Source of the DNA: Bugula neritina
Lineage: Eukaryota; Animalia; Bryozoa
Direction: 5' to 3'
Length of the DNA stretch: 64,000 bases
NCBI GenBank assembly: GCA_964035545.1
Contig: OZ037765.1
Location: forward strand, 23,559,504-23,623,503
Shown: positions 50,001 to 64,000 of the stretch, in pieces
Numbering within the stretch: position 1 is the stretch's first letter
Layout of the letters: the number at the start of each line of letters is the position of its first letter
Program-made: the position numbers and the translations under genes
The notes under the pieces: generated by a model
Database searches by the model: none
What the model was told of the DNA's origin: nothing
Seen by the model: the letters and a program-made list of their open reading frames with translations, nothing else

Positions 50001-53000
50001 CACTATAAAGAATTAAATGACTTGCAATATTAATAAAATCTCTCAATTTAAATACTACGGAGGGAGCTATTAAAACCAATTGAAAAAAATTATTTTAATA
50101 TAAAAGTGTAGTAAATGCAGCGTGTACACCCTGCAGCTGCAGAGGAAATTAGTATGAGCAGTCCCAGTGCACCAATTATGTCCCACCAGGGCCTTTTCCA
50201 TATGCTAATTCCACTTTGTATGGGGGACAAATAAAAGTACTCTGTGTGTACCAGTGCTTAATGTGTGTCGAAAGAGCTCATGATAATTGTCATAATTCAT
50301 GAATGTGACATGAGAGATAAAGGGAGGGTGTGTGGCCGTGCAGGTTACCACACACTGTCTTAGCCCACTGGAGGCGCAGACTTTAATTGGCTGAGAATAC
50401 AACCGCAGGGGGTAAACAATGCTAAGCCAAGTGCTCCTTTCTCATACACTAATGGTAGGCTTTATAATCATTCAACTAATATTTTAGCGTCTGCTGATAA
50501 ATTATCATTTCTATGCATCTCAGCTAATGATAACTCAACAACGTGTAGAATATACAGCAGTAGGTATGTTCTGTGTATACATTGCATAAATGCAACACTA
50601 AAATAAATGCTCCAAGTTCCTGCCACTTAGGGTTGGAAAATTTTACAGAATCAAAAATTGTAAACATGAAAGGCAGTGCAATGAAAATATTTAGATGGAA
50701 ATTTTTTCATATTATGAAGAAACTGTGAAAGTATGTCATTAATTGAATTTGAATGTTTGCCAAGTATAGATAGGCACATGTGACTATTACTTAACTTTCT
50801 TACAGAAACATCATTGGGTATTTGAATAAGTTCAAGATAAACAACATTATTGAAATTATAGATTAAATTATATTACTAACTGAGGGTGTAGAGCACTGAC
50901 TGAGAGTGTAGAGTACTAACTGAGGGTGTAGGGTACTGACTAATGGTGTAGAGTACTGACTGAGGGTGTAGAGTACTAACTGAGGGTGTAGAGTACTGAC
51001 TGAGGATGTAGAGTACTGACTGAGGGTGTAGAGTACTGACTGAGAATGTAGAGTACTGACTGAGAGTGTAGAGTACTGACTGAGGGTGCAGAGTACTCAC
51101 TGAGAGTGTAGAGTACTGACTAAGGATGTAGAGTACTGACTGAGGGCGTAGAGTACTGACTGAGGGTGTAGAGTACTGATTGAGGGTATAAACTGACCTG
51201 TTTGTGCGGTCATACATCTCATCCTTTGGTATCGCCCTTTTAGATGAAATTACTGGCCTCGCTGTCCCTACAGGAAGAACCACTAAACTATCACATATAG
51301 TCACATATAGGTCAGTTACTGAACTTAAAACAAGCTATAGAATGACATCCCACACTAACATCACAGCACTGGTGGCACCTGCAAGCTTCATCACAGTTAT
51401 ATCAAAGTCTACATGCAGGTTATTAATTCCATACATTATCATTTTATTCAACAATGCGACATATATGCTACACAATAGTGTTGGTGTGCAAGTACTGACT
51501 AAACCCATACCGAATATGCAAAACATTCAGGATGTCTCGGCTACCTAAGTCACAAGATTGCCAAGTAAAATGAAAACACGCGCCTCTTTGGCAGAAAACA
51601 ACCAAAATGGAGGTCACACAGGATTCGGTAGCCTTTTCATTGAATTTCGACTACTAAGCTACTGTTTGTAACTGCAGACAACTTAAAAGGTGCCAATATT
51701 TAGCAACGTCAAAATATTAGTCCTACAGAAAATATGTTTTCATAAAAATGTGACAAAATATGAGGAATGTGGCATATATAAAAATAGTACATGCCCAGAT
51801 AGAAAAAGGAGCCTTTTGTGCTAGTCTTGTCAGCGGAATTGTTATGCTAAGAAGCTGAAGATTAAGATTTGTTATCTTGACATGGGTTATAGTTGTTGGA
51901 AAAGTTGTTAAAGCAAACAAATAAGCAAGCTAGCACACTCAGATATATAGAAATAACCAAATAAACAGGAAGGGGATATTCTTAAAATAGATACATGTAG
52001 TCCAGAACCAAGTACCATGAGTAGCTAGGAGGGGACAAACCCTTGTCACTAGGAGATTCCTTAGCGACAACCAAAAGTCTAATTATGACTCATTGCTAAA
52101 TATTGATTTCAAAGCAACTAAACGAGAAACAGATTTGATGGAATGGTCCTAATTATCCATTGCTAAGCAAATTTATCATAGCAAAACCCTGTTCACATTG
52201 TGCTTTATTTAGTAAACATGCGACTTCATGAAATATTCCAACTGGAAAGTGGAGGGTGTGATATTTAAACAGTATTGAGAGGAAGAAGTTGGAACCAACC
52301 ACTGTCTAGCTCACAGCATAGATAATATAGAACACCATGCAGGCATAGGTTCATTTCAACAGACATTACACAACCTTGTTTTCAATAACATTTAAGGCCA
52401 GATGCCCTTTCATTGAGAGTTCACCAGTCAACTTCACAGAACCAGCTTGTTTTGCAGGAAAATTATGTCTTTGTTCAGGTAAATATTTCCATCATAACTT
52501 TTCATAAACGTGAAAAACTGAAATATAGGTGGAAACCAAGTTTAGAAAACAACATTTATCACAAAGGTATGAGAGCTTACTTTGATCTACACTGACTTCA
52601 TAATTTGCTACTTTCCTTTTCTGTTTATGAGTTAATGAATAATGAGGAATAAGTGAACAACATTGCACTCATAATAGCGCTCTTATTTCAACAGTAATGG
52701 CTCCCTACCAAAATGGGCTGAGTAAATAATTAAAATTCAACCTATCAGCAATGTTTGGCACATATTTTTTTTGGAAAAAATACACTTGCAATAGAAGGCT
52801 TTATACTAAATGAATTAATAATGCCATTTCTATAAAAACAAAATCACATAGTTATCAACTTTTACAGCTTCAACCATAACACCGCCAGGGAATGCAAGTT
52901 TAGTTGAAGTAATTTTCGAGTCTTCTTTTGTTGGTGTGACAATATGATTATGCGTTCGTCCTCATTATTTATTCATATTTATAATGAATAGACGGAGTTG

Positions 53001-56000
53001 AATGCCCTAAGAAATATACCACTCTCGCAACTAACTTCTTACGTCCCACAAGTTGATTTCACTCCGAGTCCTAGATTTGAGGTTATATTTGTGACATTTG
53101 ATTGAGTGAATCGCCTTGCACCTATACAATTTGTGCGGTTAGAAGTGACTATAACACCAAGACAGTAGCAAGATTGAAAACAATCAACTTATTGAGCAAT
53201 ACAAGTGCAGGGTAGAGATGGCGGTGTGAAGGAGTTTGACCAGCTAGGGCAAGCTCATAGGATGAACATCAATCAAGCCTGAGACGAGTACTGATGTTGA
53301 TGCATCAGTCTAGGGTCTGGAGAGTGAAAAGCAGATAAATTACATGATTTTAGATGGCCAAGGGACATCAAAGAGAACTCTAGAGCTAGAGCAGCTTAAC
53401 CTTAAAGGAAAAGCATAACCGGATTCAAAGAAAACTGCACCAATAAAAAGTCATACAAAAAACAAGGGACTCCGAAAGTTCCATTCGGCACCAGGAATTG
53501 AATAAGAAGCACTTATGTTTACCAAATACTATATTACAGTGTGGTTATGCAGACAACATTAGCTACTTATTAGTAGTTTAGTTTATATAACACTAAAACA
53601 CTAACCCTTCGAACTCGACTTGAGACTAAATGGCTGAATGTCAAACAGCTGAGCTCTCTGCTCATCATGCACTTTATTTATTTGCCTTTCGTCTGCTCGT
53701 AATTTTATTTGTCTTTGTCTTTCTCTACATGATGAAACAAATTTCCGATTTTTTGCCCGGAAAGCTTCCTATAAAACATAATAAAGAGATTATGGGTTTA
53801 CCAGTTTTATATGAATTATACAAATATTAAAATTCCAGCAATTGTGAAATCATATTACAACCGGCTTAAAAATTTCCATACAATTAAAGAATGTGTCACC
53901 AGCATTGATATATCTGCATGACATTGACAGTCAGTGAGAGAAGAAAGAACGGCCACTAACTAGTTGCTTTATGGTAACATTAGCTCCAGGTGGCGTAATG
54001 ACACAGCGGTCATGAATAATACTGTAATAAGGTCTATAAAGGGAGGTAAAACACCCTTAAGAGTTATCTGCCCACCTGTAAAGTGGGAGTATAATGGGGT
54101 TTTTCATTGACTTCTTTAAATGCGTTAGAGATATCACTGAATATTTTCTTGTCGGAGCTAGTTAATACTTCCTTTCCGCTTGGAATCCAAGGCTCAGAGG
54201 CAACTGAAAGAGCCTTCCTTTCAACTGGCGACTTAGTCCAAGGTCGTGGGTTATTATACGGCACAAACCAGACCAGTCCTTCTGCAGCATCACAATATTG
54301 TATGCAACTCACTATAACTTGCAGATATATATAATAGTGAACATAACTTGATCATTACATCTACTAAATTTAGTTGAAAACTTATTTACAAACCTGGAGA
54401 ATACAAATTTCACTACAATATTGAACACTGCATACCTTGCTGCTGACCTTTAACCTCGTGAAATCTTTGAAAAGCATTCCTTTCAGCATTGACTTTGTTG
54501 GCCTCATCTTTCTTGTACAACACGGCAGAGTCTTAGAATATAAAACATTATTGACAGCTCATTAGTTGCCTTCTGGGAGAATAACCAGGTCAGATGGAAC
54601 ATTACTAATATACAGGCAGAGTTCCTATCGTAGTATAGAGTGCAGATAGCCTGGACACAAGGGTATATGCAGTGTTCTTTCTGCAGGTCATACAACCAGA
54701 TAGTAATAATATTACAGTTGGTAAGAATACCTGAAGCAGTGAAAACTCTTCTGGGTTCAGCAAGCTGTTGAGTTGCTCTGGTACTGTTGGTAGGAGTGGA
54801 TGGGGTGGGGCACATTACCGCAACATCTTTTAGTCGCTTTTCAGTGGGCCGAGGGGCGGGTACTGGACGAGCTGATTGGTTGTTATTACGATTATACTCG
54901 AGTAGCTTCTTCCCTTGCTCAATGCATGGCACGGGGAGACCAGTGGGAGTGACAGGTCGAGTTGCACTACACACAGAGGAAACGTCGGGCTCAGCCTCTT
55001 TCTCACCTCTTACATATTTATTGGCACATTTCATGTCGCCCTGAAAATGGTAAATTGGTAAATGTGAATTTTGTGGAAAAATATCTCTGTTATAGCAATT
55101 TAAGGGAGCCAAGAAATTTCATTTGAATATAACCAGCATTCAGTCAGAGCAATTGAAAGCATCAAGTAGTAAGCCAAGCATACAAAATTCAAAAAATGAT
55201 TAAGTATCCAACAAAATAACAGACAATTTGACAAAGAAACTTTACAGGAATTTATTTACTTCACACAATGAAATGAACGCAAGCCGGTAATGATATGTAG
55301 CTGCTATAATGTTGATTAATGAGGTGACAAAAACATATTTACACGAGCCGATTCATTTTATATTAACACATTTTCTATCCAAAATTTACATTTACGACAA
55401 CAAAGCAATTCATCACTATTTTTAGGGATTTTGAAACAGCGTTTAGTCATATCCATGATTAAAATTATAGATTCTTTACACTTAATTTTATACACATGCT
55501 GTAACATTCACAAAAACAAGAAAAAAAATCGTAGCTTCTTTATTCGATAATATTTAAATATTTCTGTAGTTAACAAAGACCATTCTAATAATACAAAACC
55601 ACAGCATTAAAAACAACTTTCGATATATTTAAGCCATCCAATCTCATAATATGTTGGCAAAAGTTCATTGAAGCACTATTAAAAAATTTAGAAACAATGA
55701 TTCGTTATGTCAGGAATTCCCTCCTCCCTTATCGTACATATGTACTAATCAGAAGCGCTACCACAAACCACATTTTTAAGGCACACAGAATGTCCTCCAA
55801 AGTAAAACTGTGTTTGAATGACGAGCATGTAGCAAGTTTACAAAAGTGCATCAATAAAAAGCTTGTCAGCATCTGTTGAGAGAAGTATATATACACAGTA
55901 TGCTGAAATCACTGTCTATCCATTCACAGCGCTAAGTCATGTCTGCAAAGTCAATCACGCAGTGACTTATAAGAAAGACGCAGTGACCGGCTTTGAATCT

Positions 56001-59000
56001 ATGACTTGATCGAGTTTTTGATGTGTGAAACAACAGTGAAAAGTTGAACATTAAGAGTTGATTGAAAAACTGAGCTTATTTCATGCAGTGACTCTTAGTA
56101 CACTTATTACTTTTGGCTGGCCTAGTGGTGCAGTAGTTCTATTCTGACTGCATGCAAATCATCAACTGCATATTATTTCAACTTGCACTTTAGTTAGTTT
56201 GAAACAAACTTGAAAATGCCACTAAATGGCTATAAATAGAAACGACAGCTTACTTTAGCAGCACGCTTGGCATTTCGCTTTCTCTCACATTTGCTGCACG
56301 CAGAGTCATCACTGGATGCTGCCACAGTTGTGGTAGAATTTGTCTCAGTCAGCAAATCTTCTTGCCTTCTAACATAAACAACAAAAAGCAGTTACAGTCT
56401 AGTTGGGTAAATTAATATGCTATGGGCTATGAAATGTAATCCTCAGTTATCACGTCTTCATGCAATAACATATAAAACTATAAAAGTGCATATACTATTC
56501 ATGTTATCACTACTCTCTGAGAAATTGCATCTAATCCATTACCTTTGCTGTTCAATTCTTTCCATAAGTTTCTTATATTTATATTTGTCAGGTTTTTCAG
56601 TAGCCGCATTAGTTCTAGAGTAAAATATAGATACTGCCACACATGTGTTTATAGTGAATAAATAATATACTCTGTAAATATTCAACCACTGCAACCAGAA
56701 AGTCTTTACAAAGAATACATAAACGCAGCAGCGGAAAACGTCAGTGCAACACTTACGCAGACTTGGATTTGCTAACAAGATGCCCCAGTGGATTCTTCAA
56801 CAAACTTTTCAACTTTTTCATTCGATTTTCGTCAAAAACTTCAGAGCTGGCAGATGTTGCAGAAGTGCTACTTTCATTAATTTCAGAAGGAAGTTTTTGC
56901 TTTCTCTGCAAGAGATAACTTGAAGTAATTTAAATAAATCATTAACAAAAAGCCCAGGTGAGTACACCTACAAAGTCTACGTCTTCATCCCCCAGGCAGC
57001 TGCACAAAATTAAAAGTAAATATTTCTGACATAAATAAAAATTCCTAACATTAAAAGCATATGGATTTAAAAAGACTGAATGTATTTGATGTAGAGTTAA
57101 TAACTTGACTACCTTGCTGATTCTCTGCCAGGCTAAGTTGAGTTCACGACCTTTCACCTCATCTTCAGCTCTCATGAGTTCCTCACGCAGAATATGGTAT
57201 GTCATCAGCCTATCATTTACTGCGTAGGTCAATCGAGAGCTGTTGACAATTAAATCATAACTCAATATTTTTTTATACGTAATAATATAACTTTTAATAT
57301 AAAAAGTTAAGGAATAATATTTAAAATTATGTTTAAAGATGAAAAATATAATTGACACTTTGTAATTTAGCATTTAGTGACCACCCTGCTGAAAATGTAT
57401 GCTAGGAAGAAACGAGAGTATACTATAGGAAGCCTTAATCTCATTCAAATTCTCATTATTGCACAGTTAAACCATGAGTTCAGCACATGAAATTCCACAA
57501 TCAGGAATCATTAGCAAGACATGAAAATATTTTGCAAAGTTTAGAACTAAAAATATTTTTAGCTGATTCAAAGAAAAGAAATATGTTTGAATTAATTCTT
57601 TAGTTAATGAATGACAGACAAGCCAAAACATGTGCAACACACATTGCTACTGGCTAAGTAACCAAATATTAAACAGCTACATCCTTATAAATTTTAGCTA
57701 CAGTGAATAGTGATTCAATGTGAAAAATGATTATTCTACCTAAAATCTGGAGAGGTCTTTGAATCTACACGCTCTAGAGGTCGTACTGAATGAGTGTGCT
57801 GCGGACTGAAAGATCTGCTGTGAGGAGGTGAATGGCTTCTTCTTTGTGATTGGTCAATAGGTGTGGAGGGGTTCGACCCTCGAGGAAGTGGCTCCACTCT
57901 TTCTGGAGAATGATGATGGGACACATTCAAGATGCCTAATCCACCCTCTATGAGTCTTTGCTTGAGTTTAGCTGCCCTCTCTAAAGAACTTTCCTTTAAT
58001 TCAGCAACTCTTTCCAGCTTACTATAGTCTATTGTATTACCATAATCTGCCTGTTGGTCTCCTGCCCAAGCTCTAGTAGCGGCGCGAGACTTATAAGCTG
58101 AACCTAAATATAAAAATGGAAAATTCTATAACGGAAATCTAAAAGCATTATAAAATATCAGCAGCATTAGAGAAGAGTGTAGGAGTTTTAACACTGAGAA
58201 GTTTAAAACTTAACAAAAACAAAACAATAAGCAAGTTCTTGCATAAATATTGTTGCTGAAACCATTTCAAATCTTGGCATGAAAAATAAAATTACAAAAT
58301 ACCCCGCCCTGTAGGCTGTATCTATCAAAACAGTATTTTCATAATATTTTCCAGGTCAAAAACCCTCTAAGACAAGGCTACACTAATAAATTGTACACTA
58401 TTAAAAACTGCACTGTTAATTTTGCCAGTATATTCTGCACGATAGTGAGTTAAGGCATTCCTACCATCTGATCGGTCCATTCGTTTTGAATTTCCAGGAG
58501 AGGAGTAAAAGTCTAAAGGTATTGAACGATCAGTTTCAACTGGCTTATGACCAGGATGCTTCATATCTGTATTATCTGTATTATAGTCTTGTCGGCCAGT
58601 AACTTCTGTTATCTGAATATTCTCTATGCTGTGGTGTGTATTCTGGTTCAGAGGTGTAGGACTGGCATTTTCAAGTGGCCGGATTTCATCCTTTGGAGAT
58701 ATTGACTTACGCTCTGCGAAAAGTTGCAGGATTGTTGGGAATAACTTACTGAAGCTGATCATTATTAGCACCTTTGTTGTTCTAGGTTATTGTTAAACAG
58801 GCAACTTAGTCAGGAATGACCTAGCTTAAAAGTCACATAATCATAATATTTTATAAAAAATAAACATAAAAAAGTTTGGAAATAAATGTGTTTTGAATTT
58901 AAATTTGGTGCAGCTGTACAATAAGTGCAACATAAATTGCATCATGCATATTTCAGATATGAATTTTAAACTTTTGACTGGCTTGTCCAAACAGTAAACA

Positions 59001-62000
59001 TGTGTTTATATAACAGATGATTACAAATGCTTCACCTGTATGTCATTTAAGAAAATACAGTTTAAAAGCATGTACCCGTGTCAGACTCAAAACAATAATT
59101 GTTCATATTTTTTGTAACAAAACACTACCTTTTTATCACCTTGATTGATACACAAAAGAACAAAACCATTTTTGATGATTTAACAAGTAAATAACTGTGC
59201 AAGCACAAATTAATCAATACACTTATATGATAACTTATCCCATGACATGGAGCTTACAACTCCTCAGGTAATTAATTTTTTTAATCTACTTTAAGGTTTT
59301 GTTTAAAAATTATTCAAGTATTGCTTAAGCTTGCATTTGGTGTGAAATTCACCTTGATGTCTCTCTAGAATTCTCTCTCTGATCTGATTTCCTCTGAGAA
59401 GAGCTCTTTCTGCTCTGCCTACAACTGAAGGTCTCAGCTTTTCCCCTTCTCTTTCCACCACATTCCCATGACTAAGAGACGTATTGGGAGAAATAGAATG
59501 CCTGGTACTTGCTTTCAAACTCCTTGTGCCTTCAACATATATTAAATTCAAGTTATGATATTTAGCCTATATTACAAATGCAACAACATCACTAAGCTTT
59601 GCACAGCTTAATTAATAGTTGTTTGTTAAAGAGACTAATTAGTTACTTGCAAAAAGTGCTGCTTATTATTTTTACATTGCATATGGTGCGAAGAGTTTAA
59701 AGCAGCCAAACTTTTCTACAAAAACCCCCAAAAATAACATAAAACAAATCTAAACCCCACTATTTTACAAGCTCTAGCTTATGAACAATGCGGGAACTTG
59801 TATATAGAAGGGAAGAGTGTAATTATCCTCTAATACACCTCATGGCATACCATAAATACCAGGAGATTTAGTCACAGGGTCTTTCCTAGACCCAAGAGCA
59901 TCCTTAGGCAGGTTTGGAGGTTGAGCATCATCTGAACCAATGTGTGTGCTTTCAACTGTGGTGGCTACAGACTCCCTGCCACTCCTCGGTGATCTATAGA
60001 AACAACACCATGAAGATGGTCATTTCATTTCATGAGCAAAATTTTGTCCTTTTAATATAAATAACTTTATATAATTCTTGTAATAAATTTATTGAGAAAC
60101 TTATCGAAGAATCTATTATATTCTATTCCTAATTCCCACATTTGCCAGCCCTATCAAATACGTATTTACACAAAATGCCTGTAAACTACATACATTGTTC
60201 CTACTTTTTTTATAAACAAAAAACCGCACTGAGTATAATGCAACATTACAAGGAAGACAATTACTAATGGCTCTTTAAAACACAAATTTATTGGGAACTA
60301 AAAGTTAATAATACATTTTAATAATATTCTAATTTGAAAAAAAATCAAGCTGCTCTATTCTGCCCCTGAACTCAAAACATATGTGGGTCATATGAGAATT
60401 TGATTTGCTATGCTTAATAGGCAGCATTCAGAACTAAATTTTAAAATCAATCTTTTATAACTAAAATATTCTGCAACAACCAGAAGAAAAAGAAATGAAC
60501 TAAAGAAAAAGAAATGAAATTATTTAAAAAAAAAGAAACTGCTTACATATTTCGATCCCTGCTTTTAGCCCTTTCATATCTGGACTCTGTGTGAGACCTA
60601 CCAGAGTCCCTAATTGGCGAGTAAGCAACTCGAGACCCTGAAGTACGCCTGCCAGGAGTTTTCTCACTTGTACGTTGGGCCAACCTTTCAGCTAAAACTT
60701 CTTGAGCTCTAAACACAGTAGTTTTACATAATATATCCAGATGAGTTCTACATCTATTTACAGTGGCTCTACGTCCACTTACAGTGGCTCTACGTCTACT
60801 CACAGTGGTTCTACATCTACTTACAGTGGCTCTACATCTACTTACAGTAGCTCTAAGTCTACTTACAGTGGCTCTACATCTACTTACAGTGGTTCTACAT
60901 CTACTTACAGTGGTTCTACATCTACTTACAGTGATTTAAAATCTCTACACATCTATACTTTCATAATCCAATAAACCCAAATGTTTCAACAAAAAGAATT
61001 CATAATAACAATTATTACATAACATAAAAACAAAAATATCTGATTCAGCCAAATTATTATGTAGGATAAACAAAATTTTGTACCTGTTAAATGTCTTGAA
61101 CGGGTCACGTTTCACTGGAGAGATGCCTATGTTAAAAGATTCTTCATTATCTCTTCTTGCGGGAGGCGAATACTTTCGCAAGTTATAATTGGGCAGTTTT
61201 TCAATCGGAGATTGGGGAGCTGTGGGTTTGATGACATCAGCCAAGTAATCATTATTAGCCCTAGAAAAACAAGTTTGTGAACTAATCAAAAGAACAGAAA
61301 AGAGATTGAAACAGTTGAAGATTTCAAAATCCAAATGTGGCACAATCAATAAGCTATCTTCTTTAAAATTTGTGAAAATATTAAATTAAAATAAACCAAC
61401 TTTTTAGTGATATAAGAAACTATTTACATTAAATAAGTTATTTTATACACACAATGTTGCTGTTCAATGCAAGGATGCAGCAGCTTAATTTTATATAGCA
61501 GTGGGTTTTACAATATAGTTGTTCACTTGCACATCAAAATTCTGAAAAGAGATCAAAAATTAAATTAGCTGTCAGGTCAAAGCACTCTATGAATGATCTA
61601 CAAAGCCTACTGACCTAGTGTTGTCATCATTGGCTAGAGGGCTGTGTTCTGGCCGGTCAAAGGTCACAGCACTAGCATCTTCATAATGGATCCTGTGCTG
61701 AGGAGGCACTTCATTCAGGGCGCTGAGTACCATGAACTCTATTCTATCCAGTCTCTTGGATACCAACGACTGTGTTTCTTCTAGAATTCGTAACAAGACA
61801 AAACTGCCGACATTTAATGAAAAGCGACCTTGGCAATCGAATTTTTCAACTTATAATATGAATTTAATAATAATAACAGTATAAATAATAACAATAACAG
61901 TATAAATGATAACAAAGCTGTAGAGCTGTACCTTCGGAAACAGTTCCAGAAGGAAGCTTGCTGGGCAGATGTCTAGAAGTTGACGGACTCGAATGTTTAT

Positions 62001-63751
62001 AAGAAGTCAACTCTTGTCTTGTTCCAATGGGAGAATGGTTACCGTCTGTGAGATTGATTAGCTCTTCGTGTGTGTTTCCTGTTGTACTCAATCTACATGT
62101 ATAAGAGAGAACCTTCTACCTGCATCTATTCGCTGATCCCTGCATAGCTATATATAACTAATACCCAGTTCAATAAATAAACAAGCTATAGAGAGTTGCT
62201 TCAAGCCTAATCAAACATCTTCACACATACCATAAGTTCATGACTGTAAATTAAAGCATTTTACTGATACATCTACTCATTATTAATTACGATAACCTAC
62301 TACTGTGCAAATTTAGTTTAAAAAAGAGAAGGGCTAAAAGCAAATTTTAATAATTAGTTGAGAAACAACTAAATATTATACTACAAGAAGTTTTATTAGC
62401 ATCATTTACATTGTATGCTAGCAGATACTAAATGTTCAACTTTATCTCAACACGGTGTAGAAATCAAGTTTCAAAAATTGCCCACTATAACCTTTGTAAA
62501 GTAAAAAGCCAGTACAAAAAATATTTACTTGTAAATATTTTCTTTATTACATCTAAACTGACTTTTAATGATCAGATTGCTCTTTTTGTTGTTTCCATTG
62601 GAAAACACTTTTAAATTAATTGAATCTCGACTAACTGGAGAAAAGGTAAATAAGTAGATAGTATCTATATTGGGTATCATGTTCTACACAGTTCATTGTT
62701 TACCTGCTAGGACTGTGTGTATCACAGGCAGAGTCATTTACTACGCTGGACTTCTTCAAGCCAGAGTAATATTCTTCAGCTGCTTGTTCAAGAACTTTAC
62801 GGCTGGACTCGTCCAAATATTTAGAATTTATGCCACTAGTGAAAAGCAAACTTGTTATAAAAGCATACAAGTAAGTTTCATGCAAACTAACTTTAATAAA
62901 ATACTTATGGGCAAATATTTGTTCTATATTTGGGAATATTTCTCACCTAGTCTCAGAGTATGAAGAAGTTGAGCTAGCTCGATCAGACGGTGAAGTTTTT
63001 GCATCTCTGTACATAGGAGAGGTTGACTTTATTCTAGAGGTCGACTTTTTAAAACTATGAGGAGTCCTTCTTGAGAGATCACTACGCGGAGTAAGACAAC
63101 TTGGCGACAAGTACTTGTCAAGATATGAACAATCATCATCGATTTTTTCATTTTCAAACTTGGTTGGTTCTTTGTGCGCACCCAAGTAGCTTTCTGATCT
63201 TTCCAGTACTTCAGACACACGTTTATCAAGTTTGTCTTGTGACAATCGTCCACTAGATGCTGTATCTTCACTCTGCTCGCCCAACGCAGCCCGAGGGGAA
63301 GAAGAAGTAAAATCATGTTTAGAGCTGACAGTATCATTGAAAGCCAACTTGGGAATGTTTTCTGATGACAGGCTAAGGATGGCAGATACCCGCTGGGCCA
63401 GGTCAGGTGACAGCACGAGCTGGGCAGACATGTTGGGTGAGAGTTTGCTGTCGTGAAGAGACTGGGGCAGAGCGGTATACTCTGTAGCAGAGCTAACTCT
63501 GCTGTGTTGTTCGCGAGGACTAGGCTGAAGCCGAGAACTGTTATGCGAGCTCAGCCCCCGAGGAGTGGATTTAGAACTAGTTTCTGACTGAATAGTTGAA
63601 CGCTCATGCTTTTTCCGCTCTTCTGCTAAACTTCTTTCCAGTTCTAGTGATCTTTCACTCATATCAATCAAAGGTGACAAATGGCGCTTGTGGTCAAATG
63701 CATTGGATGCAATGGAGTTGAACACAGTAGTTGAACCAACAGAAGAGGCAC
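47073..63751 (-). CDS. ALMS1: ALMS1-like centrosome/basal body protein with C-terminal ALMS motif; 5'-partial
   Basis: Minus-strand exons include 63751-62947, 62835-62704, 62092-61932, 61780-61615, 61260-61084, 60708-60547, 59993-59851 (VESTHIGSDDAQPPNLPKDALGSR...GIY), 59529-59353, 58713-58465, 58103-57740, 57239-57113, 56905-56757 (MKKLKSLLKNPLGHL), about 56613-56543, 56368-56254, 55041-54731, 54531-54436, 54282-54076 (GLVWFVPYNNPRPW...TLQ), 53768-53606 (EAFRAKNRKFVSSCRERQRQIKL), 51267-51198 (RAIPKDEMYDRTNR), 49762-49663 (MYRVLPEV...AYRVKAKLFNK), 48396-48317 (KVQRHVL) and 47097-47073 (LTKNTWS, stop; least certain). These match remembered ALMS1 blocks (ESTHxGSDDA, LxNP, WFxP..RPW, TLQEA, YxxLPEV). 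Confidence 0.85.
50874..51197. repeat. 20-bp minisatellite (TACTGACTGAGGGTGTAGAG), about 16 copies, in an ALMS1-like intron
   Basis: Tandem units read directly; the array abuts the exon ending at 51198. Confidence 0.95.
60746..60934. repeat. 21-bp minisatellite (TCTACATCTACTTACAGTGGY), about 9 copies, in an ALMS1-like intron
   Basis: Tandem units read directly, about 37 nt upstream (minus strand) of the acceptor at 60709. Confidence 0.95.
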
Positions 63752-64000
63752 CTGCAAGTGTATTTCATACAATCTTATCATTCCATAACCGAACATGAAA
63801 CACAGCAAACAACAGCAATTACCATAAAAGAACTGAAAAAGTGTTCAACCAAAAATTTTTAAAAAAAGGTTAAAATTTAAAAGAAAACCAAAATTATGAA
63901 CAACTTAAATTTAAAAGTTTATAGCCCAGATAACTCTTAAAAAACAAACTGGAAAATTGCTAAATACTAAACACAGACAGGGTAGTATTTTACCAACTAC

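Noticed and set aside
50876-51304. 142-aa repeat ORF, or a CRISPR-like array
   Set aside because: Only 51198-51267 is a real exon; the rest is head-to-tail repeat with no unique spacers and no cas genes.
60741-60974. Plus-strand YSGSTST heptad ORF resembling the Pol II CTD or ice-nucleation repeats
   Set aside because: Antisense within an intron, arises from a 21-bp minisatellite, and unit variants are non-synonymous at least as often as synonymous.

Overview
AT-rich, intron-rich genomic DNA from an animal (most likely an invertebrate; the taxon cannot be fixed from the sequence). I assembled five multi-exon protein genes by hand from GT-AG boundaries and reading-frame continuity. (1) The 3' part of an ASAP-family ArfGAP (BAR-PH-ArfGAP-ANK-SH3; + strand, 422-14774). 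(2) A complete secreted S1 serine protease with three N-terminal six-cysteine beta-defensin/clip-like modules (+, 16115-19887). (3) A complete XPNPEP1 aminopeptidase P (+, 23617-35570). (4) A divergent FGF8/17/18-like gene that the ORF track largely misses (+, 40687-45755). (5) The 3' part of an ALMS1-like centrosomal gene (-, 47073 to beyond the window end). Also present are a tRNA-Gln(CTG) gene pressed against a 3' splice site of the ASAP gene, a LINE fragment, fold-back structures and several mini/microsatellites. The two most notable items are the triple-defensin-like protease and the tRNA whose 3' end and terminator coincide with the likely branch point and pyrimidine tract of its host intron. 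Family assignments rest on motif recognition from memory, not database searches.
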